A DNA stretch of 64,000 nucleotides from Candidatus Versatilivorator sp. (GTDB lineage: Bacteria; Acidobacteriota; Terriglobia; Versatilivoradales; Versatilivoraceae), in assembly GCA_965207735.1 (NCBI GenBank), contig OZ242296.1, positions 4,480,001 to 4,544,000 on the forward strand. The letters run 5' to 3'. Below the pieces are notes generated by a model, which saw nothing but the letters and a program-made list of their open reading frames with translations, had not been told where the DNA came from and did no database searches. The translations under genes were made by a program, and so were the position numbers. This document shows positions 31,052 to 42,861 of the stretch, one piece after another. Position 1 is the stretch's first letter, and every line of letters starts with the position of its first letter.

Positions 31052-31541
31052 TGGACAATTTCCGCCTCTGGGGGTCACGCCGATGCCGTTAGATGGGCCG
31101 CCACCTTCCCGACGGGGGGGTGGCGGTCTAACCTGGCGGCGATCCTGCTACGCACAACGCCTTTCTCTCAGAGGGCGAAGTTCTCGCCGTTGTGGTGGAG
31201 GACTTCCCTGAAACGCTGTACCAGACGCGGGACGACACGGATTTCCCGCGTCCGTTGCGGAAAGGCGAAGCGAGGCTGCGCCTTGCGCGTCCCCCCCTTG
31301 CGGGGAGGTCGCTCCCTCCACATTGATCCCCTGCGGGAAGGCCGAATTGCAGACGACGTGGGCCTCAGGTTGTCTTGTCTTGCTTAACCTGGCTTTGACT
31401 GCTGCCGGTCTTCGAGCTTCCGGGTCAGGTAAGACAACGCCTTGCTCCGAAACCACTAGCTTGAGTATGGTTGATGGTATCTTTCCAAGAAATCAGGGGC
31501 GGTACAGAGCTTGAAGTTGAGCACGATGAAAGGAGTATCTA

Positions 31542-31949
31542 ATGGATCCAAGTCAAATCAATAGACCGAAAGAGGTCACCATCGCAGTTATACTTCTTTG
31601 CCTCTTGATGGCGACAGGTTTCATCCAGCTCATCCTGAACGCATCTATGCTCTTGAAAATAGCACCTCCAGCGTTCATAGCATTCACCGTCTCCGCTTTC
31701 TTAGGGATTGGGATTCTATTGACATATATGATTTGGAACGGGCGTAACTGGGTACGCATAACTTTCTTGGTGTTGTTTATCATCGGCACACCGTTCTCAA
31801 TTCTCCAAACACTGCAAATCCTCATCGTGGCCCCTATTTCTGGACTGCTTAATATCGGAGGGATAGTCATCCAGATAATTGCACTGATCCTTCTCTTCCA
31901 GAAACCATCTTCTGACTGGTTCAAGGAGATGAAAGTGAATCGTGGATGA
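31542..31949 (+). CDS. Four-TM membrane protein
   Basis: SD AAGGAG; RP..VT, GRNWVRI, LF..PSSDWF; low GC. Confidence 0.75.
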   Translation: MDPSQINRPKEVTIAVILLCLLMATGFIQLILNASMLLKIAPPAFIAFTVSAFLGIGILLTYMIWNGRNWVRITFLVLFIIGTPFSILQTLQILIVAPISGLLNIGGIVIQIIALILLFQKPSSDWFKEMKVNRG

Positions 31950-32192
31950 GGGTGAGGGCCTTGAACGAGTGGCGCTTAAGCAGTTTTTTCTTTAAAGCTG
32001 CAACTCTATTCTGCCATTGGGGTGGCCATTCCTGCGGGAAGGGTACAATGAAGACATGGACCCAAATCATTCCAGTCAACCTGGCCTTGACGGCCGTGGG
32101 CCTTCGGGTGTGGCTCCATCCCTGGCGCGCTTTGGGAGAAGTTTCCTAGCTTGACTTGGTTCACGCCACCGATCCCTTGGGCCTAACTACTC

Positions 32193-32705
32193 TCAGTCCA
32201 GATCCTCTCCCGACCCCTGGGCCAGGTAACGCGCCCAGTCGTCCATCAGGACACGCCGGCGCTCGAACAGGTTCGAGCGAGCATAGGCCGCCTCGATCCG
32301 GTTGCAGACCACATGCGCCAGGGCCGCCTCGATCACTTCTCGGGGATCATCCGTCTCTTCGGCCGCCCAGTCCCGGAAGCTGAATCTGAACCCGCGCGGC
32401 ACGGCCGCAATCCCCTGCTCGCGGACCGGCCACCGCAGCTCCTTGTCATTGAGCGGCTTCCCTTGCCCGCGGGTGAACACCAGAGGACCGGCTCCTTCGC
32501 CCAGAGTCCGTGCCGCTTCGAGAACCCCCAACGCTCGGCCACGGACGACGAGGCGTTGAATCCAACTGCGGGTTCCGCTGGGCTGGACGAAGAGGTACAA
32601 TCCGTTTCCATCGGCGTATCTTCCGGGCGGAGCGGAGCGCAGGAAGGCAGCCGAGAGGACGTTGCTGGGGTGGCAGTCGGTGGGTTTGGTTTTAGGTCGG
32701 GCAGG
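32193..32705 (-). pseudogene. Internally deleted P4/IntA-like tyrosine integrase
   Basis: Arm-binding N-terminus (PGRYADGNGLYLFVQPSGTRSWIQR) is fused directly to the C-terminal catalytic part (VPRGFRFSFRDWAAE..EAALAH..EAAYARS); the central domains are missing. Confidence 0.85.
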
Positions 32706-33040
32706 AGCGAAGTCCGTTACAGTATTTATCCCCCCATATTATGGGGGATGGCAATGGATTTCAGGGGACGTTGGTAGCAAGTCAACCCACAGTAGAACCG
32801 GGATAAGACACTCATAACTAAGACAGTTATAGACTCTACTGGACGACGATAGACATCACTGGATTTTGTAGGGACGTTGCGGCGGCGACAGCAATCTTCC
32901 CTGGTGTTCAATTCCGCACAAGCCAGACCGCTGCCGGAGTAGTCCGTGCCCTAAGGCTCCCCTGAGAAGCGCTGCAAGATGCTATGGACGGCCGATGGCT
33001 CGGCCAAGGAATGAGATATGAGGGCTTGGGAACAGGTCCG

Positions 33041-34612
33041 TCACTGCAGCACTGGAAGCTTGAAGGCAGCAGCTTCCTGGTGATTCCGGACCAGCAGAAG
33101 GTCCCCGCTGAGGGCCGGCGTGTTCCAGGTGATTCCCTCGAGGGCCGGAAAGCGGGCGACTTCCTTGTACCGCTCGGGATTGGCCTCCACCAGCGCCACC
33201 TCGCCTTGCTCCGAGGTGATGAGCAGCAGGTCCCCCACCAGAACGAGTTGGCCGTGTCCGTAGCGGCCCCTCTTCCAGCGGCGCCGGCCCGTCTCCGGGT
33301 CCAGGCAAACCAGGATTCCCTCGTCCAGACCGTAGATCGAACCCTTGTGCAGCACGGTGTTGGTGAACTTGGTTTTGAGTCCCCTGCTTTCCCAGACGGT
33401 TTCTGAACGGTACTTTCCATCCTCGCCGGCACTGATCCGAAACAGCTTGCTGCCGATTCCATAGCCGCTGGAGACGAGCACCAGGTCGTCGGCTATGGCC
33501 ACCGGTTGGGAGCAATGAGGCTGACCGCTGGGAAAGGCCTGCTCCCAGAGGACGCTGCCGTCGTCGGGCGAATGGGCGCTGACCATCTGTTGATTCACCA
33601 TGACGATCTGAGGCCGGTCCAGCAGGGTGAGCAGCGTCGGTGAGGCGTAGGAAGTGACGGCGTTTCCTGCGATCCAGACCAACTCACCGCCGAGTTGGCG
33701 ATAGGCAGCCAGGGAACGATGGGGGGAACCGCCGGGGTTGACCACCACCAGGTCGTCGACCAGCAGCGGGGAAGAGCTGCGACCCCAGCGCAAGCCGCCG
33801 GCCGCGTTCTCGGTCTCGATATTGCGTTGCCAAAGCAGCTTGCCGGTTTCAAGTTCCAGGCAGTTGAGCAGGCCCCTGGGGCTCAGGGTGTAGACTCTGC
33901 CCTCACGAGAAATGGTGGGAGTGGCTCGCGGGCCGTCTCCCCCCAGGGCGCTGTGGAATGTGGCCTGGTCGGTGTGAACCCAAACGACCTTGCCGGTGCG
34001 CAGCTCGTAGGCGACGACGAGTTGCCGGGAGCCGCGTTGTTCCTGGGTGAGGGCCAGCTCGCCGGCAATGGCGAAGGAGGACCATCCCAGCCCGATAGGC
34101 TGTTTCCAGAGCTGCTCGGGAGGGTGTCGGGTCCAGTCGGTGACCAGCCTGGGTCCGGGCAGCCGCGCATCCCGGTTGGGGCCCAGAAACTGGGGGAAGT
34201 CGGTCGCGGCGCCGGCTACCGTAACCGTGTGGGTTCCCGAAGCGGTGCCGGGGATGTCCGGGACAGTCCGCGAGGTCCAGCTCCAGCTCAGAATGGGAAC
34301 CAGGTTGCCGTCCACTCCTTCGTAGACCAGCACGCTCCGCAGCAGGAACCCGAACAGGACCACCGCCGCCAATCCCAATCCCTTGGCTTTCCAGCTCAGG
34401 CCCGAAGCCAGCAGCCACCACAGGGTCAGCAGCAGCGTGGAAACGATCAGGACCAGGGCTGTCCGGATAGTTCGGGTCGCCTCCTGGCTCACCTCGGCCG
34501 ACCAGATCCAGGTCAAGGCGACCAGGGCGGCGATCCCGATGACCGCCGCCGGCCACCAACGGAGCCGGCGCCGCCTTTCGGTCTTGTGTGATTCGGATTC
34601 GGATGGACTCAC
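33041..34612 (-). CDS. Membrane-anchored PQQ-like beta-propeller repeat protein
   Basis: About 3 N-terminal TMs; FPQFLGPNRD, GPRATP, W-docking repeats, TWNTPAL. Confidence 0.85.
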   Translation of the reverse strand: MSPSESESHKTERRRRLRWWPAAVIGIAALVALTWIWSAEVSQEATRTIRTALVLIVSTLLLTLWWLLASGLSWKAKGLGLAAVVLFGFLLRSVLVYEGVDGNLVPILSWSWTSRTVPDIPGTASGTHTVTVAGAATDFPQFLGPNRDARLPGPRLVTDWTRHPPEQLWKQPIGLGWSSFAIAGELALTQEQRGSRQLVVAYELRTGKVVWVHTDQATFHSALGGDGPRATPTISREGRVYTLSPRGLLNCLELETGKLLWQRNIETENAAGGLRWGRSSSPLLVDDLVVVNPGGSPHRSLAAYRQLGGELVWIAGNAVTSYASPTLLTLLDRPQIVMVNQQMVSAHSPDDGSVLWEQAFPSGQPHCSQPVAIADDLVLVSSGYGIGSKLFRISAGEDGKYRSETVWESRGLKTKFTNTVLHKGSIYGLDEGILVCLDPETGRRRWKRGRYGHGQLVLVGDLLLITSEQGEVALVEANPERYKEVARFPALEGITWNTPALSGDLLLVRNHQEAAAFKLPVLQ

Positions 34613-34703
34613 GGGGTCTCCCGGGGCTCACGACCTCGGCTTCATGTCGCTGCGACCTCCGCGGGTCAGCTCGAAGCCCGAGTGATGTCTACAATAATCA
34701 GCC

Positions 34704-36074
34704 CTACTCGTTCTGCAGCACCATGGCCTCGGCTTCCAGGCGCTTCATCATGGACTGGAACTCGGGAGAGCCGTCGTTGTCCCAGTACTCGGTAGAGAGG
34801 GGTGCGTCGAAGGCCATGGGAATCAGACGCCATCGGTGGGGCAGGACCATCAGATGCCGAGTCTCGGGAGGCTTCATCAGGTTGTACATCACGGCCCCGT
34901 TCTTGAAGCGGGTCCTCAGAATGAAGGGAGGTTGCTGGGGCGGCCGGTTGTGCTTGAGCGTCTCCAGGGCTTCCCGATCCAGGGTCACCCCCAGGCCGGG
35001 GCTCTCCGAGACGCGAACGAAGCCGTTGGTGGGCCGGAAGCGTTCATTGGTCACGTCACCGGCCAGGGTCTCGGCCGCGGTGGTGATATGGAAGTCGGCG
35101 GTCTTGAAGGCGGCCTGCATGTGGATCAACATGGCCTGGGTGATGCCGCCCCCGACCCATTGGACGGTGAAGGGTACACCCGCGGCCGCGAACAGTCCGG
35201 CTCGCTGCATGACCAGACCCAGCTTGCTGTGTCCGATGATGTACCCGTCGGCGGCCCGACGCAGCACCTCGAAGCTGTGCTGGATCCTGCTGCCGTGGAT
35301 GAGGATGGGCAGCCGGATTCGCTTGCGCAGATCGATGTAGGCATCGATGTCGGTGGTCTCCAGCGGGTCCTCGAAGCAGCCGGCAATGGGAGAGCGAGCC
35401 ACCCGCTCCACCAGGTCGGGGTTGTGGCCGTAGTGGTGGAAGCGGGTGAGGTCGAAGTGCAGCTTGAACCCCTTGGGGGCCACCTGCTCCATGGCCTCGA
35501 GCTGATCGAAGACGTTCTCGAAGGGCGAGAGGTGATACTTCATCCAGTTGTAGCCCATGGCCGAGTATTTCTGGACGGCTTCCACCATGTGGGGCGGATG
35601 GGTGGAGACCGTCCAGGACGAGACGGGCACCCAGCGCCGGTAGCGCTGGCCGAAGAGCTTGTAGACCGGGACCCCGGCTGCCTTTCCCATCAGGTCGTAG
35701 GTGGCCTTGGCCATGGGAATGGAGGTCTCGTCCCCGACCCAGTCGAAGGGGCTGGTGCCGATGTATTTCTCGAGCACCTCATCCGGCTCGTCGCTCCCTT
35801 CGCCCAACCCCTGAAGGCCCTTGTCGGTGTGAACCACATAGACGCTACGCTTGGTGGGACCGTAGAAGTGATTCAGCTCGTAGTGGAGCCAGTCCACGTA
35901 GTCGGGATGGATCTCGTGTTTCTCGATGTCGGTGATGGTGATCCGACCGCGGACCGAATCGGCGGTCTTCTTTGCCGCCAGCGCCAGCCAGGGCTGTTGC
36001 AGCGCCGCCGTGGCCAACAGTCCTCCCGCGCCGGTCGCCAGGAACTGTCTCCGGCTCTGTATCTTCTTCCCCAT
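34704..36074 (-). CDS. Tat-signal mandelate racemase/muconate lactonizing (enolase superfamily) enzyme
   Basis: SRRQFL; YDLMGKAAGVPVYKLFG, KYH, FEDP; SD GGAGAAGG. Confidence 0.8.
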   Translation of the reverse strand: MGKKIQSRRQFLATGAGGLLATAALQQPWLALAAKKTADSVRGRITITDIEKHEIHPDYVDWLHYELNHFYGPTKRSVYVVHTDKGLQGLGEGSDEPDEVLEKYIGTSPFDWVGDETSIPMAKATYDLMGKAAGVPVYKLFGQRYRRWVPVSSWTVSTHPPHMVEAVQKYSAMGYNWMKYHLSPFENVFDQLEAMEQVAPKGFKLHFDLTRFHHYGHNPDLVERVARSPIAGCFEDPLETTDIDAYIDLRKRIRLPILIHGSRIQHSFEVLRRAADGYIIGHSKLGLVMQRAGLFAAAGVPFTVQWVGGGITQAMLIHMQAAFKTADFHITTAAETLAGDVTNERFRPTNGFVRVSESPGLGVTLDREALETLKHNRPPQQPPFILRTRFKNGAVMYNLMKPPETRHLMVLPHRWRLIPMAFDAPLSTEYWDNDGSPEFQSMMKRLEAEAMVLQNE

Positions 36075-36119
36075 GTCCTTCTCCCAGTTGATGGTATCGT
36101 GTAAGGCGTGGACAACATG

Positions 36120-36206
36120 TGGTGCGGAAGGGGGGACTTGAACCCCCACGACCTTGCGGCCACTAGAACCTGAATCTAGCGCGTCTGCCAATTCCGCCAC
36201 TTCCGC
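36120..36206 (-). tRNA. tRNA-Leu(CAG)
   Basis: GCGGAAGTGGCGGAATTGGCAGACGCG CTAGA-TT-CAG-GT-TCTAG, long variable arm, GGTTCAAGTCC, encoded CCA. Confidence 0.96.
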
Positions 36207-36221
36207 TCGGGTGGGCCGTCT

Positions 36222-36253
36222 GAAAGTTAACACGCCCGCCAGCCCTTGTAAAG
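36222..36253 (-). promoter_or_regulatory. Sigma70-like promoter of tRNA-Leu
   Basis: TTTACA ... TGTTAACTT on the minus strand just upstream of the tRNA. Confidence 0.5.
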
Positions 36254-36361
36254 AGGCCGCCAACCCAAGGGGCCGCCAACCCAAGCTGCCCGCCGAACAG
36301 AGCCTGCCGCCAAATGGGATCGTCCGGTCGCCGGGCGCCCAGGATCATCGAGAGACCCGAC

Positions 36362-38647
<2,286 letters not shown>

Positions 38648-38689
38648 CGATTGCAACAAGGTTTCTCGTCCCGCGCCGCTGGTATTCAC

Positions 38690-39185
38690 TCGCGGGGGGC
38701 CGCGTTTGCCCCCCACCGGCTCGACTGCGGGCTCCTCCGCCGACTCCCCCTCGAGGGGGGAGTGATACTTGAGGCTTGCACAAGGCTCCTTGCCCGATTG
38801 CTGGGCGGGATGTAAACCATGTTCCCGGTCTACCGAATAAACTCCGTTCCCACTTCATAACACGGATATCACTCCCCCCTTGAGGGGGAGTCGCAGAAGC
38901 CGAGCCGAATGGCGAAAGCTGATGCGGAGGGGGGCCAACGCGGCGCCTCCGAACGGTAGCGCCGAATGGCGAAGACTTGTGCGCCGTGAGGGGGGCGCAC
39001 AACCCCAGCCGCCAGGCGAAGGCTGATGCGGTGGGGGGTAAGACGCCGGCTTGTGTCCTCCAGGAACAAATCCACGAAAAAGAGTTATCCACGAAGAACA
39101 ACGAAGGTCCACCAAGGGGTTGGAGGAGGTTCGAGAGGAACTGCCAAGGGAAAAGGATGCGGGCGGGACGCCCGCGCTCCCGGGG
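38690..39185. repeat. Mosaic repeat cluster (A, inverted B, CACGAAG module F, module C)
   Basis: 38760-38900 closely matches 17612-17760; CCACGAAG units at 39072-39118; module C at ~39155-39185. Confidence 0.8.
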
Positions 39186-39203
39186 GTGTCAACCCGCAAG
39201 AGG

Positions 39204-39212
39204 TGCTATACT
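39204..39212 (+). promoter_or_regulatory. Extended -10 promoter element (TGcTATACT) of tRNA-Met
   Basis: 13 nt upstream of the tRNA 5' end. Confidence 0.5.
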
Positions 39213-39225
39213 TTGAGTCCCGAGT

Positions 39226-39301
39226 GGCGGGGTAGCTCAGTGGTTAGAGCGAAGGTCTCATAATCCTTAGGTCGGGGGTTCGAGTCCCCCCCCCGCTACC
39301 A
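39226..39301 (+). tRNA. tRNA-Met(CAT), elongator type
   Basis: GGCGGGGTAGCTCAGTGGTTAGAGC..CT-CAT-AA..GGTTCGAGTCC..CTACCA; lacks the initiator GGG/CCC anticodon stem. Confidence 0.93.
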
Positions 39302-39496
39302 GTTCTCCTTCCAACGAAGTCCAAGAAAGTCTGGAATCTGCTAATTTTCAGATACTTAAGCTGTATGCCGTCCCCGATTTCCTGGACAGATTAGACCCAC
39401 CATGCTCAAGCCGCCGGTTTCAGCGCAAGGCGTTGTCTTGTCTTGCCTGAAACAACCGACAAAAGACAAAGAAAAAGACTTATCCACGAAGGGGCA

Positions 39497-41491
39497 GTGC
39501 GCCGTGAAAAGGCGTCTTCTTCTGGCGGGTGCGAACCCCGCCCAACAACTGTCGCTCCGGTTGGTAGCAGCCAGGGCGGATCATGGAGGCAACGAAATGG
39601 TCTGAAGCACTCTGGCGTCAAGGGCCGCCAAGGGCGGCTCAGCGAGCATGCGGGCCGGAACGCGAGTGAACGTCGAGCAGGCCTCGAAACGGACAATACG
39701 GAAGCCGACCCTCCTGTCTTTAGGGGAAGGCCGCTGGCGGATGGGGAAGAGAGCGACGCGGGCACCGATCCGCTTCCGTCGGGGTAGTGACGCTGGCACG
39801 CATGGAAGGGGAAGAAGGCAGCAACACGGGAAGCCCTGGGGGAGATGCGGCACACATCAACCGGGACCCCGCGAGGGGCAGGCCGGGCCGTCAGGGTGGC
39901 GGATGGGTCCGTAGTACCGGAGAAGCCGGGTAACGCCGGTGGAGGGAAGGGACCCTGAGTTGAGAGCAGCATGGAAAGGAGGCAAGGCGTGGCCACTGAC
40001 AAGAGTCTAACAGGGTCAGAGGGGGTTCGGAAATTCCAGACCATGCTACATGCGAAAGCGAAGGAGGACCCCAAGCGGCGGTTTCATGCGCTGTCGGACA
40101 AGGTGTGGCGAGAGGACTTTCTGAAGGAAGCCTGGGCACAGGTACGCCGAAACGGCGGGTCGGCCGGGGTGGACGGGGAGGGCTTCAAGGACATCGAGGC
40201 GTATGGGGTGGAGGGCTGGCTGGGGGAACTGGCGCGGGATCTGAGGGAAGGAACCTACGTACCGAAGCCGGTGCGGCAGGTGCTGATCCCGAAGAAACAG
40301 CCCGGCAAGTTCCGGCCTTTGGGCATACCCTGCATACGGGACCGGGTAGCGCAGACGGCGGCTTTGCTGGTGTTGGAGCCGATCTTCGAAGCGGACCTGC
40401 AACCGGAGCAATATGGCTATCGGCGGGGGCGGAGTGCCAACGACGCGGTCAAACGCGTGCATGAACTCCTGCAAAGGGGTTACCAGGAGGTGGTTGACGG
40501 CGACCTGTCCAACTACTTCGGCGAGATTCCGCATGCGGAGCTGATTCGGAGCATTGCCCGGCGCGTGAGTGACGGGAGGATGCTCAAGCTCATCAAGGCA
40601 TGGCTGGAGATGCCGGTGGAGGAGGACGACGGGAAGGGTGGCAGACGCCGCCGGAACCGAGGGCGCCGGGAGCGGAAGGGGACACCGCAAGGAGCCCCGA
40701 TCTCACCGTTGCTCAGCAATCTCTACATGCGGCGCTTCGTTTTGGGCTGGAAGGTGCTGGGTTATGCCCGGCGCTTCTGTGCGGAGATCGTCAACTATGC
40801 GGATGACTTCCGTGTACTCGGCAGGGCACCGGCGGCAGAGATGCTGACGGCGGTCAAGCGGATCATGGAGGAGCTGAAGCTACCGGTCAACGAGCGGAAG
40901 ACCCGATGCTTGCGGTGTCCGGAGGAACCGATGGGGTTTCTGGGATATCGCATCGGACGCAACTATCGCCCCAAAGGGAAAGGAGCCTACATCGGCACAC
41001 GACCCAGCCAGGCGAGCGTCCAGAGCATCTGCCGCAAGATCAGCGAGTGGACGGCGCCGAGGAACGGGACGCTGCTTCGAGGACAGATGGTAGAACACCT
41101 GAACCGGGCGATGACCGGGTGGGCGAACTACTTCGTTCTGGGGCAGGTGAGCCCGGCCTACCGAGCGATCGACCGCCACGCGGGCGGGCGGCTGCGTCAG
41201 TGGCTCTGTCGGAAGCACAAGGTGAGGACCGGGGGGAGTGTGCGCTTCTCGGACGAGAGACTATGGAAAACCTATGGACTCACTTGCCTGGGGTCGAAGC
41301 CACAGAGCCTTCCGAGGGCGAAGGCATGATCTTGACTGAAAGCCGGATGCGGGAAAACCGCACGTCCGGTTTGACGAGCGGGGGCGAGGAAACGCAGCGA
41401 GGAACGAGATTGAGGCACCGGCGAGTGGCGAAAGCCGCCGGCAACAGCGACTCCCTCGATCTAAGGCCGGCGCGCCTCCCCTCGACTCTAC
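39497..41491 (+). mobile_element. Group II intron (IIB-like, endonuclease-minus), 1995 bp
   Basis: 5' GTGCG; domain V GAAAGCCGGATGCGGGAAAACCGCACGTCCGGTTTG after the ORF; 3' end CTCGACTCTAC; flanks rejoin into a repeat unit also seen at ~62000. Confidence 0.92.
39971..41329 (+). CDS. ltrA: Group II intron reverse transcriptase/maturase
   Basis: RPLGIPCIRDR, GTPQGAPISPLLSNLY, YADD, thumb GWANYF; no HNH domain. Confidence 0.95.
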   Translation: MERRQGVATDKSLTGSEGVRKFQTMLHAKAKEDPKRRFHALSDKVWREDFLKEAWAQVRRNGGSAGVDGEGFKDIEAYGVEGWLGELARDLREGTYVPKPVRQVLIPKKQPGKFRPLGIPCIRDRVAQTAALLVLEPIFEADLQPEQYGYRRGRSANDAVKRVHELLQRGYQEVVDGDLSNYFGEIPHAELIRSIARRVSDGRMLKLIKAWLEMPVEEDDGKGGRRRRNRGRRERKGTPQGAPISPLLSNLYMRRFVLGWKVLGYARRFCAEIVNYADDFRVLGRAPAAEMLTAVKRIMEELKLPVNERKTRCLRCPEEPMGFLGYRIGRNYRPKGKGAYIGTRPSQASVQSICRKISEWTAPRNGTLLRGQMVEHLNRAMTGWANYFVLGQVSPAYRAIDRHAGGRLRQWLCRKHKVRTGGSVRFSDERLWKTYGLTCLGSKPQSLPRAKA

Positions 41492-41784
41492 CGAAGGACC
41501 ACGAAGGGACACGAAGGCGCTGAGGTTAACCGAGACGGGATACCAAGTTCGCGAAGGGATTGTCGATTTCCGATTGTTTCACTCTCGAATGATCCGCACA
41601 CCAGGGCGGGGGTCCGGCTTGCCTGAACCGGAGGCGCCGGCTCGCCAAGCGGAATTTGGCGTTGATGAATCAGGATGGCCAGGGGAGGCGCCGCGCTCGG
41701 TGGCCCGAAATCGACTGGAGTTACCGATATAGACAGGCCCGGAAGACCGGACAGCCTTCCGCGCCGCTCACAGGGGGGCGAAGC

Positions 41785-42726
41785 TCATTGTCTGTCATGA
41801 GATTCCCCTGCAAGGTCTACCTTCTCCGCGGGATAGGGGGCACTCTCAAGGATCCATTCCCGGAATGCCTGGACCTCCGGCTTGCGCCGTGCGGCGGCGG
41901 TGGTCATCATGCAGCACCGCGTCGGCACATCGTTGTGCCGGTCAAACAACGGTACCAGCGTCCCCTCTTCCAATTCCGGCACAATCGTCTTCGGGCGTCC
42001 GACGGCTGCCCCCATGCCCTTCAAGGTCCCGTGCAGTAGCAGGCTGCACAAGCGGAAGCTCGATGAATGCGACAAGTCCGGCGGGGGGGCACCCTGGGAG
42101 GCGAACCAGTGAGCCCAGTCGGAAGGAAATCCCAGATGGTAGAGCAGGGGCCAGGAATACAGGTCCCTCATTTTGCGGGGCCGTCCATGGGTTTCGAAAA
42201 GAGCCGGGCTGCAGACAGCAAGCAACGTATCTTCGAACAGCGTCTCCCGCAGGGCCACCTCCTGGCTCGGCGCCTTGGTCCCGCCGTCATAGGTGATCCA
42301 AATGTCGAAGTCGTGCCGGTTGGGGTCGACGCCGAGGTGATCAGTCTCCAACTCGATGGCGATGTCTGGCCGGACAGCGTTGAAGTCCGCGATCTTCGGC
42401 ATGAGCCACCGCTCGGCGACGGACTCGACCACGACGACGCTCAGGCGCCTCATCCGTGGCCCGTTCCGATAACGCTCAATGACTTCCCCGATCTCGGCGA
42501 GGATGCGTCGCACGTCCCTCAAACAGGCCTTGCCACGCAGGTTAAGCGTGACGCTGCGGTGTTTGCGGTCGAAAAGGGTGTGGCCGAGGTGGGTTTCGAG
42601 CATCTTGACGCGGTGGGCGACGGCGGCGGCAGTGACCTGGAGCTCCTCCGCGGCCCGGACGAAGCTCTGGTGTCGGGCAGCGGCATCGAAAAAGCGCAGA
42701 CACTCAAGCGGCGGTAGCGGCGGCAT
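41785..42726 (-). CDS. LysR family transcriptional regulator (GcvA-like)
   Basis: LPPLECLRFFDAAARHQSF..AAEEL HTH; RWLMPK, PLL, W..WF. Confidence 0.92.
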   Translation of the reverse strand: MPPLPPLECLRFFDAAARHQSFVRAAEELQVTAAAVAHRVKMLETHLGHTLFDRKHRSVTLNLRGKACLRDVRRILAEIGEVIERYRNGPRMRRLSVVVVESVAERWLMPKIADFNAVRPDIAIELETDHLGVDPNRHDFDIWITYDGGTKAPSQEVALRETLFEDTLLAVCSPALFETHGRPRKMRDLYSWPLLYHLGFPSDWAHWFASQGAPPPDLSHSSSFRLCSLLLHGTLKGMGAAVGRPKTIVPELEEGTLVPLFDRHNDVPTRCCMMTTAAARRKPEVQAFREWILESAPYPAEKVDLAGESHDRQ

Positions 42727-42861
42727 AACTTGGTTAACGGGAAGCTACTGACTGTAGACATAACATATTTTTGTCATGGTGTCATGGCAAAACCGTTTCT
42801 GCTCAGGCTCGAATTGTTGCACTGACGAGAGGCGTGCCATTGGCATAAGTATATTAAGTCT

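Noticed and set aside
31051-31327. Stop-codon readthrough or recoded ORF across T3
   Set aside because: The stops are of different types (TAG, TAA) and the frame is not preserved across T1, T2 and T3.
39971-41329. RT as a DGR, retron or defence RT
   Set aside because: Canonical group II intron 5' end, domain V/VI and maturase domain are present; no avd gene or TR/VR pair was seen.
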